Shown here piece by piece: positions 45,534-55,956 of a stretch of DNA of 64,000 bases (positions are counted from its first letter, which is position 1; each line of letters begins with the position of its first letter). Source of the stretch: a virus (taxonomy: Duplodnaviria; Heunggongvirae; Uroviricota; Caudoviricetes); IMG/VR virus record IMGVR_UViG_3300042559_001801; one strand, 5' to 3'. The position numbers and the translations under genes are program-made. The notes beneath the pieces are model-generated. The model saw nothing but the letters and a program-made list of their open reading frames with translations. It did no database searches and was not told where the DNA came from.

Positions 45534-48500
45534 TAAATTACTCCGCTGCCTGGGGCAGTTCTAAGGTTGGTACTGGTTAATGCTTCGATCACCACAATGT
45601 CGGCCACAGTGGCTGCATTGACAAAAATTTCATTGGGTGCGGATCTGATCTCATATAGATCACCAAAACTCTTTTGTGGATTTATCGGAACCAATACCAC
45701 TGAACTCACTATATCGCCCAACTGTTGATGCAGGTAGGCCGATAGTTCTGAAAAGTAGAATGTATCACCAAAATCCCAATTTGCAATTGCAAAGTATGCG
45801 TCTAAGTTGGCAACCACATTGCTTTTGATTTCACTGACTGATGCAGTTGAGTTACTGGCGCGAATAACTTTGATAGTTGCTCGCAACTGTTCTGCTGCCT
45901 TGGCGCCAAACAGCGGTTTGAACTGCACAGGGTTCACAATTACATTGTCAGAAATCATTTTATAATTTTGTAATCCTGCATACTCTGTACTTAGCGCATC
46001 AATTGTGGGTGGTACAGGTGCTGGTATTGTGTTGGTAGAATCCACAATGTAATTTCTATAAGCAGTATAGTAATCTTGTGTGACCACATACAAATCAATA
46101 ATGTTTGTTGAGCCCGGATCAATGCGATTGGTCAAAGAGCTATTGTGGCGATATTGATAATATAAATCTTGGCGTCCCACACGACTTTCGTAGTCATTGG
46201 TCACTACCAGCGAAGTTGTGCCAGTTGTGTTCAATGATAAAATATAAAATACTTGATCAGTATAAGCATAAAACACTTGACCAACAATGTACTGTGATTT
46301 TTCTAAGGTAATGTCATCTAGTGTTGCGTACTGATCGTTTACTATGCCAGAATCCACCAGCACATAGCGTTCAAGATTGTCAAAGTCCACAATCCGTTGA
46401 AAGAATACCAATTTGGTATCAGGGTTGACTGCTGGCGCAACAATTTCGTCAAAAAAGTCTGGATTGTCGGGTACACCGTCGGCATCTCTGTCTTGCCAAG
46501 ATACCAGCACTTGATAATCATCTACATACCCGTCGGGCTGCACAGGCTGGCCAATGATACGCATTGAAATGTCGCTGTCAAGTGGCAAATTAGAATCAGG
46601 ACGACTGTTTGTTTTCAGTACTCTTACAAAGTCACGAATGACTGTGCCTGTGCGGCTGTCATAGATTTGTTCGTCGCCGTAAAAAAAGAATCGTGTTTCA
46701 AGTACACTGCCAAAATAATAATTCAATGCTCTAGTGGTCACTTGGTATGATTCACCGTTGGTAACAAATTGTACTACCCAGCTGGCATCTAAATTTGCGC
46801 CTGAGGTGTCACCGGCATAGGTTTCACTCCAAGTGGCATCCACTGCAAGATTACTGGCAGTAATCACATACCATGTGTTGGTCAAGTTATTGTAGCCAAG
46901 ACCAAAATTGCGATACAATTCAATTTGAGCCAGAGCACTTTGTCTGACAGTTGTGCCTAGATCAGTCAAGAACAGCGGAATTACTTCAACACATTGAGAG
47001 TTGGTGGGCACATAGTTGTTGAGTACCACTGGACCTAATCCATTGGTAAAATTACCTAACCCTTGATTTGTTCCTTCAAGATATACCGCTGTGGCCGATG
47101 CCCATATGGTTAATTTTTCGTCGGCTCTGGTAGGAGTGCCCAATACCAGTCTATTGTTGGCATCAAAGTAATAGCCAGCTGGCGCTCTAAATTTGATCAA
47201 GCTGCCAACTTGAACATATTTCATATTGTTACTGGAGTACGATCCTATGGAAACAGGAAAACCGGCGGCATTTTTAAAATAACCAGTGGTTTCGTTTGCC
47301 AGTGTCGTGCTCTGGTTCCAACTCACTGCCAATGGTATCAGCGACGGTCTTGGATAGTTTGCATAGTAAAATTGTGTTGTGGCTGCGTTTGCCAATATTG
47401 GTTCAACACGATTGGTCAATGTATCGCTGATGTCATTGGTTGTTAACCAACTGAATAAAAATGTTGGCAATTCATTTGATTTATACAATGCACCATCGCT
47501 GCCAAATGTGTTGGTGCTGCTGTACTTGCCAGTGTTGTCAACTAAATCAAGATATCGACTGGTGCCAATTGAAGCACGGTTCAGTGCTTTGGATTTGATA
47601 ATTGAATTGTACTGAGTGAACGGGAAGTTGTTGTAGTCTTCACCATTGACCATGCGATTTTGTGTGTAGTAGCGGGCCGGAGCTCGTTGCTTGATTTCGT
47701 CAATGCTTTCACGAGCAAGAGAATTACTCACTGGCTCTGTAATACCACAGGTAACTGTCAATGTTTCATTCTGTCCAGTGCGACTGATGTAAGCAATGCT
47801 CAGTATCACACTTTGCATTTCTTCTGGGTTGATGATGTATTGCAAACCATTTGATGCGCGAACATATGCACGGAAAAATCCCACTGGAATTTCTGAAAAT
47901 ACACCGTCGCCAAAGTTCAATGTGATTTGGTCGCTGGCTCTGCTGGTAACTGAATACAATGGTCGTAGCCCGTTTTGTTGTTCAGCCGCGGCTGTGTACA
48001 CACTTTCAACAAACTCCCATTCACGAGCGATGTTGCCCACATTGTCCAATTGATATAACCAGCGGTCGGTGTTGTTGACACCTTCGATATTGATATTGAC
48101 TGCACGGTTGGCAATGCGTTCGGCCAAATTAAAATCTTGATTTTGCAGCACACCCTGTTTGAATAGGAAGAAGAATCCAGTATTGGCTGATGCAAACCCC
48201 AGTTGGTCGTTGCGGAACAGCATGCCAAATTGTCCGTTGGGAACTGGGCTTGGTTCATACACATATTCAACGCCGGTTGGTAGTCCACTGGCAGTGGCGC
48301 TGACAGCTTCAAATGGCATGTTGACGCCATCTACCACTGCGCTGTAAGGCAGCACTGGCAGAAAACCTGGAACTAAATTAACTGTATATTCATCAGTGCG
48401 AACACCCTGAATTGTGGTTCTATTGCCGGGACGACCAACTCGCTGAGTGTTTATCAATGAAGAATTTATAATGGCGTTGAACTGTTCTTGCCAATCAAAA

Positions 48501-48946
48501 TTTGTAGGGTCAGCCCAGTTGACAGTGATGTTGGCCAGGTTGATGCCGTTGTAGTCCACAACATTTTCTGTTGTTTGTATAGAAAACACCTTGAGATATC
48601 CATTGGCTTCGGTGTTGCGTTTGGGTGTGTAGCTTACCAAATTGGCCAGGCGGACCACACTGTCGCGGCGTTCAGCAGTGTCTAGATAATTTTCACGAGT
48701 GTTTAAATCTGTGCGGAAGGCCAATGACTGACCCATAAATGCCATCACATCCAGTATGGCAATAAATTCTGACGACTCAATGTAGTCATTGAATGTTTCC
48801 GGGTAGTACAGTCGTACATAGTCAACAAAACTCTTGCGCAGAGTTTCAAAGTCATAACTTTGGAAGTCGGCTTCGCGGTAAGTTTGGTAGATTCTTTTCC
48901 AATCCTCAACACCAAATACTGCGGTTTGTCTAGTAGTTTTTGCCAT
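45533..48946 (-). CDS. baseplate wedge protein (gp6/baseplate-J-like position), 1137 aa
   Basis: It sits between the gp25-like and gp7-position genes. The N-terminal region FAILDVMAFMGQSLAFRTDLNTRENYLDTAERRD is baseplate-J-like. Family assignment is tentative. Confidence 0.5.
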   Translation of the reverse strand: MAKTTRQTAVFGVEDWKRIYQTYREADFQSYDFETLRKSFVDYVRLYYPETFNDYIESSEFIAILDVMAFMGQSLAFRTDLNTRENYLDTAERRDSVVRLANLVSYTPKRNTEANGYLKVFSIQTTENVVDYNGINLANITVNWADPTNFDWQEQFNAIINSSLINTQRVGRPGNRTTIQGVRTDEYTVNLVPGFLPVLPYSAVVDGVNMPFEAVSATASGLPTGVEYVYEPSPVPNGQFGMLFRNDQLGFASANTGFFFLFKQGVLQNQDFNLAERIANRAVNINIEGVNNTDRWLYQLDNVGNIAREWEFVESVYTAAAEQQNGLRPLYSVTSRASDQITLNFGDGVFSEIPVGFFRAYVRASNGLQYIINPEEMQSVILSIAYISRTGQNETLTVTCGITEPVSNSLARESIDEIKQRAPARYYTQNRMVNGEDYNNFPFTQYNSIIKSKALNRASIGTSRYLDLVDNTGKYSSTNTFGSDGALYKSNELPTFLFSWLTTNDISDTLTNRVEPILANAATTQFYYANYPRPSLIPLAVSWNQSTTLANETTGYFKNAAGFPVSIGSYSSNNMKYVQVGSLIKFRAPAGYYFDANNRLVLGTPTRADEKLTIWASATAVYLEGTNQGLGNFTNGLGPVVLNNYVPTNSQCVEVIPLFLTDLGTTVRQSALAQIELYRNFGLGYNNLTNTWYVITASNLAVDATWSETYAGDTSGANLDASWVVQFVTNGESYQVTTRALNYYFGSVLETRFFFYGDEQIYDSRTGTVIRDFVRVLKTNSRPDSNLPLDSDISMRIIGQPVQPDGYVDDYQVLVSWQDRDADGVPDNPDFFDEIVAPAVNPDTKLVFFQRIVDFDNLERYVLVDSGIVNDQYATLDDITLEKSQYIVGQVFYAYTDQVFYILSLNTTGTTSLVVTNDYESRVGRQDLYYQYRHNSSLTNRIDPGSTNIIDLYVVTQDYYTAYRNYIVDSTNTIPAPVPPTIDALSTEYAGLQNYKMISDNVIVNPVQFKPLFGAKAAEQLRATIKVIRASNSTASVSEIKSNVVANLDAYFAIANWDFGDTFYFSELSAYLHQQLGDIVSSVVLVPINPQKSFGDLYEIRSAPNEIFVNAATVADIVVIEALTSTNLRTAPGSGVI

Positions 48947-48965
48947 AATAATCCATCTTGTAGAT

Positions 48966-48972
48966 TATTTAT
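48966..48972 (-). promoter_or_regulatory. T4-late-promoter-like ATAAATA box
   Basis: Minus-strand cATAAATAa lies 20 nt upstream of ATG 48946. Confidence 0.4.
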
Positions 48973-49006
48973 GGAGATAATAAACCACCCAGTTTATGTG
49001 TGAGTA

Positions 49007-49381
49007 TTATGCGTAACTGGCACTGGCGGTTTGTTGATCAAAGTACACGCTTAAAAATTCAGTTGTTTGTCCCGGTACCATCGTCACTTGCAGCTCAACC
49101 AATATGCCGTTTTCTTGCGGAAACATAGCAGCTGACTGTATAAAAATTCTTGGATCTAAACTGGCCACACGCTGTATTTCTGCCAGTATGGCTCGTTCAG
49201 TGTCTTGTGTTTGATTTTCAAATATGTAACTGTATATCAAGGTGCCATAACCTGGACGACCTGGCAGTTGTCCTTGCTGTATATTAAGAGCATTCAGCAG
49301 ATCGCGCTTGACCAATTCAAAATCTACCAATGTAAATTTCTTGGTTTGTCCTATTGTGTTGAATCCTACAAATGTTGTCAT
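49007..49381 (-). CDS. baseplate wedge protein gp25/GPW-like
   Basis: The 124-aa product carries FELVKRDLLNALNIQQGQLPGRPGYGTLIYSYIFE, which fits the GPW/gp25 pattern. Confidence 0.6.
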   Translation of the reverse strand: MTTFVGFNTIGQTKKFTLVDFELVKRDLLNALNIQQGQLPGRPGYGTLIYSYIFENQTQDTERAILAEIQRVASLDPRIFIQSAAMFPQENGILVELQVTMVPGQTTEFLSVYFDQQTASASYA

Positions 49382-49396
49382 ATTGTATTTACTCAG

Positions 49397-50752
49397 TTAG
49401 GCTGTCTGTATTGGAGGCAGTCCCAATCGTTGTCTAATAATTGGGTCGTCACCGGTGTAAGGAGGTGCGTTGGGATCTCCCAAAGAGTTAACAAAAGAGT
49501 TGGCATTTGCGTTGAGTCCAGCAAGGCCACCTGGTATGTTTCCGTTAAGTGCAGCTTTTGCTTGCAGGGCGGCAGCTTCTAATGAAGCAATATCAACGGC
49601 CTGTGGACTAAAAAGCTGCGCCGGTATTTTACTGCTACCAACCAGTTTACTCACTGCTGAATTCAATGTTGCTCTGTCCACTGTGCCTTTGAATCCAGCT
49701 GCTGGAATAACACCTGCCACTGCGGCCGGCAATTTGAAATCACTAAAATTAACAGCAAACTGTCCTTGTTTGGCCAACGAATCCATTTGTGGTTTTAATG
49801 CTTCTGCTTTTGCGGCAAAGTCGGCACCGGCACTTTTTAGACTTCCTAAATTGCCAATGGCACCGGTGATGCCGCCGGATTTTGAAAAGCCGCTGACTGA
49901 ACTTTCGAAGCCGCTGGCAATGCCTTTGAGGCTACTGGCAACACCTTCCACACTGTTTACATCTAATCCTGTTGAACTGGCTGAACTTTCAATTCCTTTG
50001 GCCCAGGCCGTGGCAGTGCCCACGCCAAATTTGCTAGAATTTGCCAGCAGGCCGCCAAGGTCTGCTATTCCTTTGTTGGATGCAAGGGCAGCACTGGCGC
50101 CGCCCAATGCATCTGCCCCTGCTTGGGTTATTGCAGGCAGTCCCAGTCGAGCTCTGACAATCGGATCATCGCCGGTGTAGGGCGGTGCGTTGGGATCATT
50201 TAATGCATTGACTGCCGAATTAATGCTTGCACTGAGTCCGGCAGCACCACCTTTTAAACTGCTGCCAAAACTGCTGCCAATACTGCTGCCAATATTGCCA
50301 ACACCGTCGAGGCCGCCGCTCACTGCTGATTTTAAACTGCCGGCCAGTCCGGACAATTTAGATTCCAACGAGGATAATGAATTTTCTAACCCACTGGTGG
50401 ATAGTTTACTCAGCACATCTGGTGCCTTGACCAGCCCAGCAGATGCTGATATTAAATTTTTGCCAAAATTAGCAGCAGCATCATACAGTTGTCCAACTGG
50501 TGGAGTTAAATTAACACCGGGTGTTTTGATTTGACCAGTTTCGACCAATGTATCAAAACTGGATTTCATAAGCCCAAATTGAATTTTATCTTGCAGTGCT
50601 GGATTTGACAGCAGCGCATTTACTCCAGTAACACCATCTTTGCCGGTCCATACACTGGGACTGTTCAACACACTGATGAAATTGCTTGGGTTGGGTATAC
50701 CCGTAAAGGCCGGTAAGTTAGGTAATCCAGGAATATTTGGTAAAGTAGCCAT
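49397..50752 (-). CDS. baseplate/tail structural protein, Gly/Ser/Ala-rich, with two copies of the DPNAPPYTGDDPI motif
   Basis: ATG 50752 (MATLPNIPGLPNLPAF) was chosen within track ORF 49397-50884. This ATG overlaps the stop of the upstream 50752-51279 gene (TAATG). Confidence 0.55.
   Translation of the reverse strand: MATLPNIPGLPNLPAFTGIPNPSNFISVLNSPSVWTGKDGVTGVNALLSNPALQDKIQFGLMKSSFDTLVETGQIKTPGVNLTPPVGQLYDAAANFGKNLISASAGLVKAPDVLSKLSTSGLENSLSSLESKLSGLAGSLKSAVSGGLDGVGNIGSSIGSSFGSSLKGGAAGLSASINSAVNALNDPNAPPYTGDDPIVRARLGLPAITQAGADALGGASAALASNKGIADLGGLLANSSKFGVGTATAWAKGIESSASSTGLDVNSVEGVASSLKGIASGFESSVSGFSKSGGITGAIGNLGSLKSAGADFAAKAEALKPQMDSLAKQGQFAVNFSDFKLPAAVAGVIPAAGFKGTVDRATLNSAVSKLVGSSKIPAQLFSPQAVDIASLEAAALQAKAALNGNIPGGLAGLNANANSFVNSLGDPNAPPYTGDDPIIRQRLGLPPIQTA
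49400..49477 (-). repeat. dispersed about 70-bp repeat encoding DPNAPPYTGDDPI(I/V)RxRLGLP (copy 1 of 3)
   Basis: It is about 85% identical at nucleotide level to copies at about 50129-50200 and 52853-52925. Confidence 0.7.
50129..50200 (-). repeat. dispersed repeat encoding NDPNAPPYTGDDPIVRARLGLP (copy 2)
   Basis: It is an internal copy within 49397-50752. Confidence 0.7.
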
Positions 50753-51279
50753 TATGGTCCTTGTAAAAATCTTGCGCATGTGCCAGGTTTTAGTAACCCG
50801 GCTGCTTCCAACTGATCGCAATTGAACCCGTACTTGCCGCACCCCAGTTCGTTTGTGATAACATCGGCTGGTTGACACACACATGCAGCAATTGCTGCCA
50901 TAATTGCTTGAACATTAGTCGGAGTCAATGGGCCTATTGACGCAGTCACCACTGATGTGTCCACATAATCAGACACTGTAATGCCATTGTTGATTGGCAC
51001 ATCTCTCAATGCAGGCAACGACGAAACCACTGCTTCTCCGTAAATGGCCAGCAACGGAACATCTGGAACGCCGGCTGTTCCTCTGTCAAGGCGTGACAGA
51101 GAAAATTGAACACCAGTTGTGGTCGGCGACTGCAATGTGTCACCAGATTTTAAACCAACAAATGTGCCAGCGGCCAACTGTTCAAGATAAACTCGTTCAG
51201 CTTCAATTGCAGTGGTTCCAGCAGGAGCTTCTAATGTGAATAACAATCCATTGGGAAGATTAAAACTAAATTTAGCCAT
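50752..51279 (-). CDS. structural protein (175 aa)
   Basis: Track ORF lying between the spike gene and the Gly-rich gene. Confidence 0.5.
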   Translation of the reverse strand: MAKFSFNLPNGLLFTLEAPAGTTAIEAERVYLEQLAAGTFVGLKSGDTLQSPTTTGVQFSLSRLDRGTAGVPDVPLLAIYGEAVVSSLPALRDVPINNGITVSDYVDTSVVTASIGPLTPTNVQAIMAAIAACVCQPADVITNELGCGKYGFNCDQLEAAGLLKPGTCARFLQGP

Positions 51280-51280
51280 G

Positions 51281-52795
51281 TTATGATACTGTTCCTGTAA
51301 ATCCTGCAGGCAGTGGCGGAGTATTTGGCGGAGTGGTTGGTTGCCCAGGTTCCATTGGTACTTCTACGCTGACGCCTTGATTGTGAAACGGCCACGGTTC
51401 GTGCGTGGGTGCTCTGGTCACAATGCTTTCTAATCCCGAAGAAGAAATTTGCCAACCAGTGGCGTTGTTGAATTCTGTTTCAGGCATTACATATTTTTCC
51501 AACTTCTTGGGTGCATCTACATTTTCTGCAGATCCGCCATTGAGATCAATGCCGCCGGCTTGCAATGTCATGGCAGACCCAGCGTTCCATGATCCGTTGT
51601 TGCTGGCCAGTGCTAGACTGCCGTCGGCTTTGACAGCAATGCGAGCTTTGCTGTACAGAACGGTTTCTTCTGTGCTGTAAAATGTCAATTTCTTTTCAGA
51701 TTCTACAGTTGTGCCTTCCATACTTTTCATATTGATACGAGCACCGGCAAACATGTTGATGTCTTTGTCTGCGTGAAAATTAATTGTTCCTTGTGTGCGA
51801 ACATTAACCGAGTTGGTAGCATACACATCCAGTGTGCCTTCTTGTCCCATTTCTAACCAAGTTTGTCCATTGGCATGAATGATGTATAAGAAGTTGCCGT
51901 CGTCACTCATTGTGATCTGATGACCGCCGGCTGTGCGAACACGCACAAGATTGTCTTTGTTGTTGAGATTGCCGTCATCCATCACAATGCTGTGGCCGCC
52001 ACGACGGCCAATCACATTTACATCTGTGGCATTGATAGTTCTAGCAGCGATGCGTTGTTGTATATCAACTTCTGAAAATCCACCTTGGTACACTGGCCGC
52101 CCTGGCGTACTGATACCAAACACAGCACTGGGACTTTCTCGCTGGCTGGTTGAACTGATGGGGCCGCGCATTGGATCAGCCAGTGTGCCTTGCTGAAACA
52201 TTTCAGCTGCTATAAAGCTGTGTACAGGTTTTGGTTGATTAAAGAATTGCGGATTATTGTCTATCTTTGAATTGTTTGGATTGATTTCTGTCACCGGCAA
52301 TACAGTTGCGCCCAGGTAGTAGCTTTGTTGATCACTGTTTTGTAAATCAAAATTTGCACTGGACCCAATGGCCGGAATCATATGCGTCATGCCTTGATCT
52401 GGAATACATCCCATGTAATAGCCCAAGTTTGGGTCGCCGCCGGCAAAGAAACACAACACACTTACTCCAAGATCTGGAGGCGTGAACCACATGCCATAAC
52501 TTTGCGGATTCCCGTCCAGGTATCCTCCTACCGAGTTAGTATCACCTTTTTTACCAGCCTGTGGTGGTGTTGCTCCATAGAACGGAGATGCATAACTCAC
52601 AGTGCGCCACAGCGACTTATTTGATGGATCGGACCCGGCAAACTGCTCAATATAAACTTGTAACCGACCTTGTCTGGTTGGATCAACATTGTTTTTTACC
52701 ACGCCGACAAACGGACCAAAGTCCGCTTTCATTCCGCCACGGTCGTATTTGTAATTGGGTGCTACGCCACTGTTTCTTTGTATATTTTCAGACAT
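51281..52795 (-). CDS. baseplate central spike (gp5/gpV/VgrG-like)
   Basis: An N-terminal OB-fold-like GPFVGVVKNNVDPTRQGRLQVYI is followed by beta-helix-type repeats (RGGHSIVMDDGN...RTAGGHQITMSDDGN...). No lysozyme domain is evident. Confidence 0.6.
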   Translation of the reverse strand: MSENIQRNSGVAPNYKYDRGGMKADFGPFVGVVKNNVDPTRQGRLQVYIEQFAGSDPSNKSLWRTVSYASPFYGATPPQAGKKGDTNSVGGYLDGNPQSYGMWFTPPDLGVSVLCFFAGGDPNLGYYMGCIPDQGMTHMIPAIGSSANFDLQNSDQQSYYLGATVLPVTEINPNNSKIDNNPQFFNQPKPVHSFIAAEMFQQGTLADPMRGPISSTSQRESPSAVFGISTPGRPVYQGGFSEVDIQQRIAARTINATDVNVIGRRGGHSIVMDDGNLNNKDNLVRVRTAGGHQITMSDDGNFLYIIHANGQTWLEMGQEGTLDVYATNSVNVRTQGTINFHADKDINMFAGARINMKSMEGTTVESEKKLTFYSTEETVLYSKARIAVKADGSLALASNNGSWNAGSAMTLQAGGIDLNGGSAENVDAPKKLEKYVMPETEFNNATGWQISSSGLESIVTRAPTHEPWPFHNQGVSVEVPMEPGQPTTPPNTPPLPAGFTGTVS

Positions 52796-52804
52796 GTGTT
52801 ATCC

Positions 52805-54505
52805 TTAGGTATCTCTAACTATCAGTTGCGTTGCACCCGGAGTGGCCGGCAACGGTGGGAGTCCCAGTCGTTGTCTAACAATTGGATCATCGCCGGTGTA
52901 AGGTGGTGCATTTGGGTCCTGTAGTGATTTAACAAAAGAATCGGCATTTGATGCAATGCCCCCCAGAGTCAATGTTGGTGGCAACGTGACTGCTGGTGCC
53001 AACAGTTGTTGACCTCCTAATTCAGTTGTGAGCAATGCTTGAGCTGATTCAATGCCCGGTGTGGCCAATGATTCAGTTGGTGCTGCTAGTAGTGCTTGAT
53101 TTTTTCTTGCTAGGTCCGCATTGGTAAGTTCTTGAGTTGCTGGTACTGCTCGATCTTGACGGGCAAAATCTCCAGCGGATAGGCTACCTGATGCTGGCGC
53201 TTTGGTTCTTGGATCAGTAATTTGAAATAATTTGCCCCGAAGGTCTTGTTCAAATTTGCCTTTGCTAAATTTGTTAGTACATTCAGTGGCTGTGTAGGTG
53301 TAGGTCTGAGATGCCTGAGCTGTGTTGGGAGTTTTGTTAGGACTTGCCAGGCCGGTACCGTTGACATCGTAATCTGCCACAGTGTTCCATTGCAGATCAA
53401 AAATAATTTCTTGGGCGTCAAAATTGATTCCACCGTCGGGATTAAATGGGTTGAAATTGAATTCCAGTGACTTAACACCAGTGGCTGCTTCGCCTTGTTG
53501 TAACCAAGCTGGATCTCCAATGATGTTGAGATTTACCGTGGCAATGTCAGTTGGACTGTACAAATAATCAGCTGCACTTGCACCAATGCTGTTGGTTATT
53601 CCATCGGCACCTTGACTACTACTGCCGGCAACTGCTGCTTGATATTCAATTGCAGGAGCTTCTCGGGCCAGTTGATTGGTCAAGGCCTTGGTGTTGGTTG
53701 CAATTGTAGAATTGCTAAAGGTCAATTTATATGCAGAATTGAATTGCTGCTCATATCGTATCACCTGTGTGTTCTGTCCAGTAAACCAATACTTGTAACT
53801 TTTGTGTATTCCACGCAGAGTGCCGGCTGGAAAATACTCGCTCATCATGCTGCTTATACCATATGCGCTGATGGTATATGTTATATTATACGCAAAATCT
53901 CTTCTTTTTTTGTCATACTGCAACGGCGAAGTGGTTACTGAAATTTTATACCACCCAAGATCGCCCAATGGTTTCTGTGGCTTGGTTTGTTGACTAACTT
54001 CGTCAACCATCCAGGCCGCTTGATCTGTGATGTAACTGCTGTTTTTTAATATTTCGTCAAGAATTGCAACAATTGGAGTGCCAGCAGCAAAGTCAAAAGT
54101 TCTAACATCGTATGATACAGAATTGGTAGCAGGATTGAGAGCATCAGCCTGATTGACACTTTGTTGCATGGGAACTTTGGCTTTGTTGGGTTTGCCACCT
54201 TTGGTAACTTTTGCATCACCCAGTGCTGGCGGTGCAAATTCAATTTTGTATACATTGGCCACTTCCCATACACCATCAGCAACCAATTTTTGTTCGGCTG
54301 CATTTAATGAATCTACTAAGCCGACTGCTGCTATTTTACTTTTTTTAATAGCTACTGCATTGGCCTTAGGTGGTGGTGTTGCTACGGGTGGTGGTGGTGT
54401 TGCTACGGCTGCTCGCGCTGCTGCACCCTTGGCCAACATAGCTGCGTCGGCTGCACGCATTCGAGCTATTATGCCCGGTCGTTTGGCGAAAAAGTCAGTG
54501 GCCAT
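52805..54505 (-). CDS. baseplate/tail structural protein (566 aa) ending in the DPNAPPYTGDDPIVRQRLGLPP motif
   Basis: Track ORF. The C-terminal motif is shared with 49397-50752. Confidence 0.5.
   Translation of the reverse strand: MATDFFAKRPGIIARMRAADAAMLAKGAAARAAVATPPPPVATPPPKANAVAIKKSKIAAVGLVDSLNAAEQKLVADGVWEVANVYKIEFAPPALGDAKVTKGGKPNKAKVPMQQSVNQADALNPATNSVSYDVRTFDFAAGTPIVAILDEILKNSSYITDQAAWMVDEVSQQTKPQKPLGDLGWYKISVTTSPLQYDKKRRDFAYNITYTISAYGISSMMSEYFPAGTLRGIHKSYKYWFTGQNTQVIRYEQQFNSAYKLTFSNSTIATNTKALTNQLAREAPAIEYQAAVAGSSSQGADGITNSIGASAADYLYSPTDIATVNLNIIGDPAWLQQGEAATGVKSLEFNFNPFNPDGGINFDAQEIIFDLQWNTVADYDVNGTGLASPNKTPNTAQASQTYTYTATECTNKFSKGKFEQDLRGKLFQITDPRTKAPASGSLSAGDFARQDRAVPATQELTNADLARKNQALLAAPTESLATPGIESAQALLTTELGGQQLLAPAVTLPPTLTLGGIASNADSFVKSLQDPNAPPYTGDDPIVRQRLGLPPLPATPGATQLIVRDT
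52853..52925 (-). repeat. dispersed repeat encoding QDPNAPPYTGDDPIVRQRLGLPP (copy 3)
   Basis: It encodes the C-terminus of 52805-54505. Confidence 0.7.
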
Positions 54506-54507
54506 GA

Positions 54508-55953
54508 TTATGCTCCTACCTGGAATGGCGAAAGACTTTCGCCGGTGAAACTACCATTTTCATCTACTCCAGCATTGGCAGGTACCACATTGACTGGAGG
54601 GGCCGGTGGCTGTGGAGTTGTAATTCTGCCGTCGTCTGCTGACACTTCTGCATTTGCTATGCCATTCATTAATAAATCTTTTACTGTGGCGCCGGTGATT
54701 TCAATTGGTGCTTTTATCACGCCCAAATTGGATCCAAACCCCACATCGTATACCAATGGTTTTGCCTTGACCGAGTATTCAACCAATTTGTTTCCCACAG
54801 AAAAATTCAACTCAGACAGTTTGAATGGTATAATTTTTTCCACTAGAGCATTGTTGTTGTCGCTGTTGCTGGCCTGCACTATCTTGCCAGTTTCGTCGTA
54901 GCCGTAAAATTTTATGACCAAACAATACATTGCAGAAACATAAGGAATATCAGAATTTTTATACACACTTTGCACTGCGTTATAAAGATTATCAATCAGT
55001 GTTATGCCTGTTGTTTCTGTCACAGTAAATGAGATGTCTGTTGTATTGTTGGCCCGGCCAGTGCCTTTTCCTGTTATTTTACTTTTAATTTCTAAATTGT
55101 CAATGTAATAATCTAATTCAAAAAATTTATTGCGAGCAATTGCTGCGTTGGGAGCGGTAGAAGCTCCACCACTCTGCATCAACAAACTGTAAGCGGCATA
55201 ATTGGCCTTTCCAGTTTTTGTCAATGCAGCAACACTGGCTGGATCCATCAAGTACCAGGCAATGTTATAGGTGTAACTGGCATACTGATCCAATATGTTG
55301 TTTCTAGGAGCAAATCTTGTTTTGTTGAATGCGTTGAGAATTCGTTGAGTGTTTGCTGCTGTCTGACCGCTGTCTTCGCCGGCACCCACACCGGCTGCGC
55401 CTGCAGGCCGTCCTTCTGTGCTGCGGCCAGTATTGGCTGGTGGAACACTCTGAGTCTGAGCCAGGGTCTTTACAGGAGGGTTGGTTCCTGTGTCTGTGTT
55501 GGCGGCCAGAGTGGCAGCTTGATTTGTGGTCAGCCGTTCGTTGGCACTGGCCGGCGGTGGTGCAGGATTTTGTGTGGCGCCGTCGGCTGATTCTTTTACT
55601 TCAGAGGTGGCAGTGGGGGCTGTTTGTTTTGCATCAAAATCTGCTTTTTGCTGTGCTGCGTACAGATCATTTTCAAGAGTTCGAATTTTTGCTTGTTCGG
55701 CCTCGAGTGCCTGTGCGGCTGCGTCGCCGGCTGCGTCAATTTTGGCATCAAGCTGAGCAGCCTGCTCGCGCAGAAGTTTTGCTCCGGCTTGGTCGCCGCC
55801 CTGAGCTTGTTTTCGAGCAGCCGCTATCAGCTGATCTTTTTCGGCTTCCAACACAGCAACTTCGCGCCGGGCAGCGCCATTAGCGGCCTCCAACGGGCCC
55901 AGCGCTGCGCGAGCTGCTGCTATCCGTTGTTCAATTTCTGCTGGTGTTGCCAT
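54508..55953 (-). CDS. structural protein (481 aa) with N-terminal coiled coil
   Basis: The N-terminus is rich in A, E, Q and K with heptad character. The C-terminal part is a beta-rich domain. Confidence 0.5.
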   Translation of the reverse strand: MATPAEIEQRIAAARAALGPLEAANGAARREVAVLEAEKDQLIAAARKQAQGGDQAGAKLLREQAAQLDAKIDAAGDAAAQALEAEQAKIRTLENDLYAAQQKADFDAKQTAPTATSEVKESADGATQNPAPPPASANERLTTNQAATLAANTDTGTNPPVKTLAQTQSVPPANTGRSTEGRPAGAAGVGAGEDSGQTAANTQRILNAFNKTRFAPRNNILDQYASYTYNIAWYLMDPASVAALTKTGKANYAAYSLLMQSGGASTAPNAAIARNKFFELDYYIDNLEIKSKITGKGTGRANNTTDISFTVTETTGITLIDNLYNAVQSVYKNSDIPYVSAMYCLVIKFYGYDETGKIVQASNSDNNNALVEKIIPFKLSELNFSVGNKLVEYSVKAKPLVYDVGFGSNLGVIKAPIEITGATVKDLLMNGIANAEVSADDGRITTPQPPAPPVNVVPANAGVDENGSFTGESLSPFQVGA

Positions 55954-55956
55954 AGT

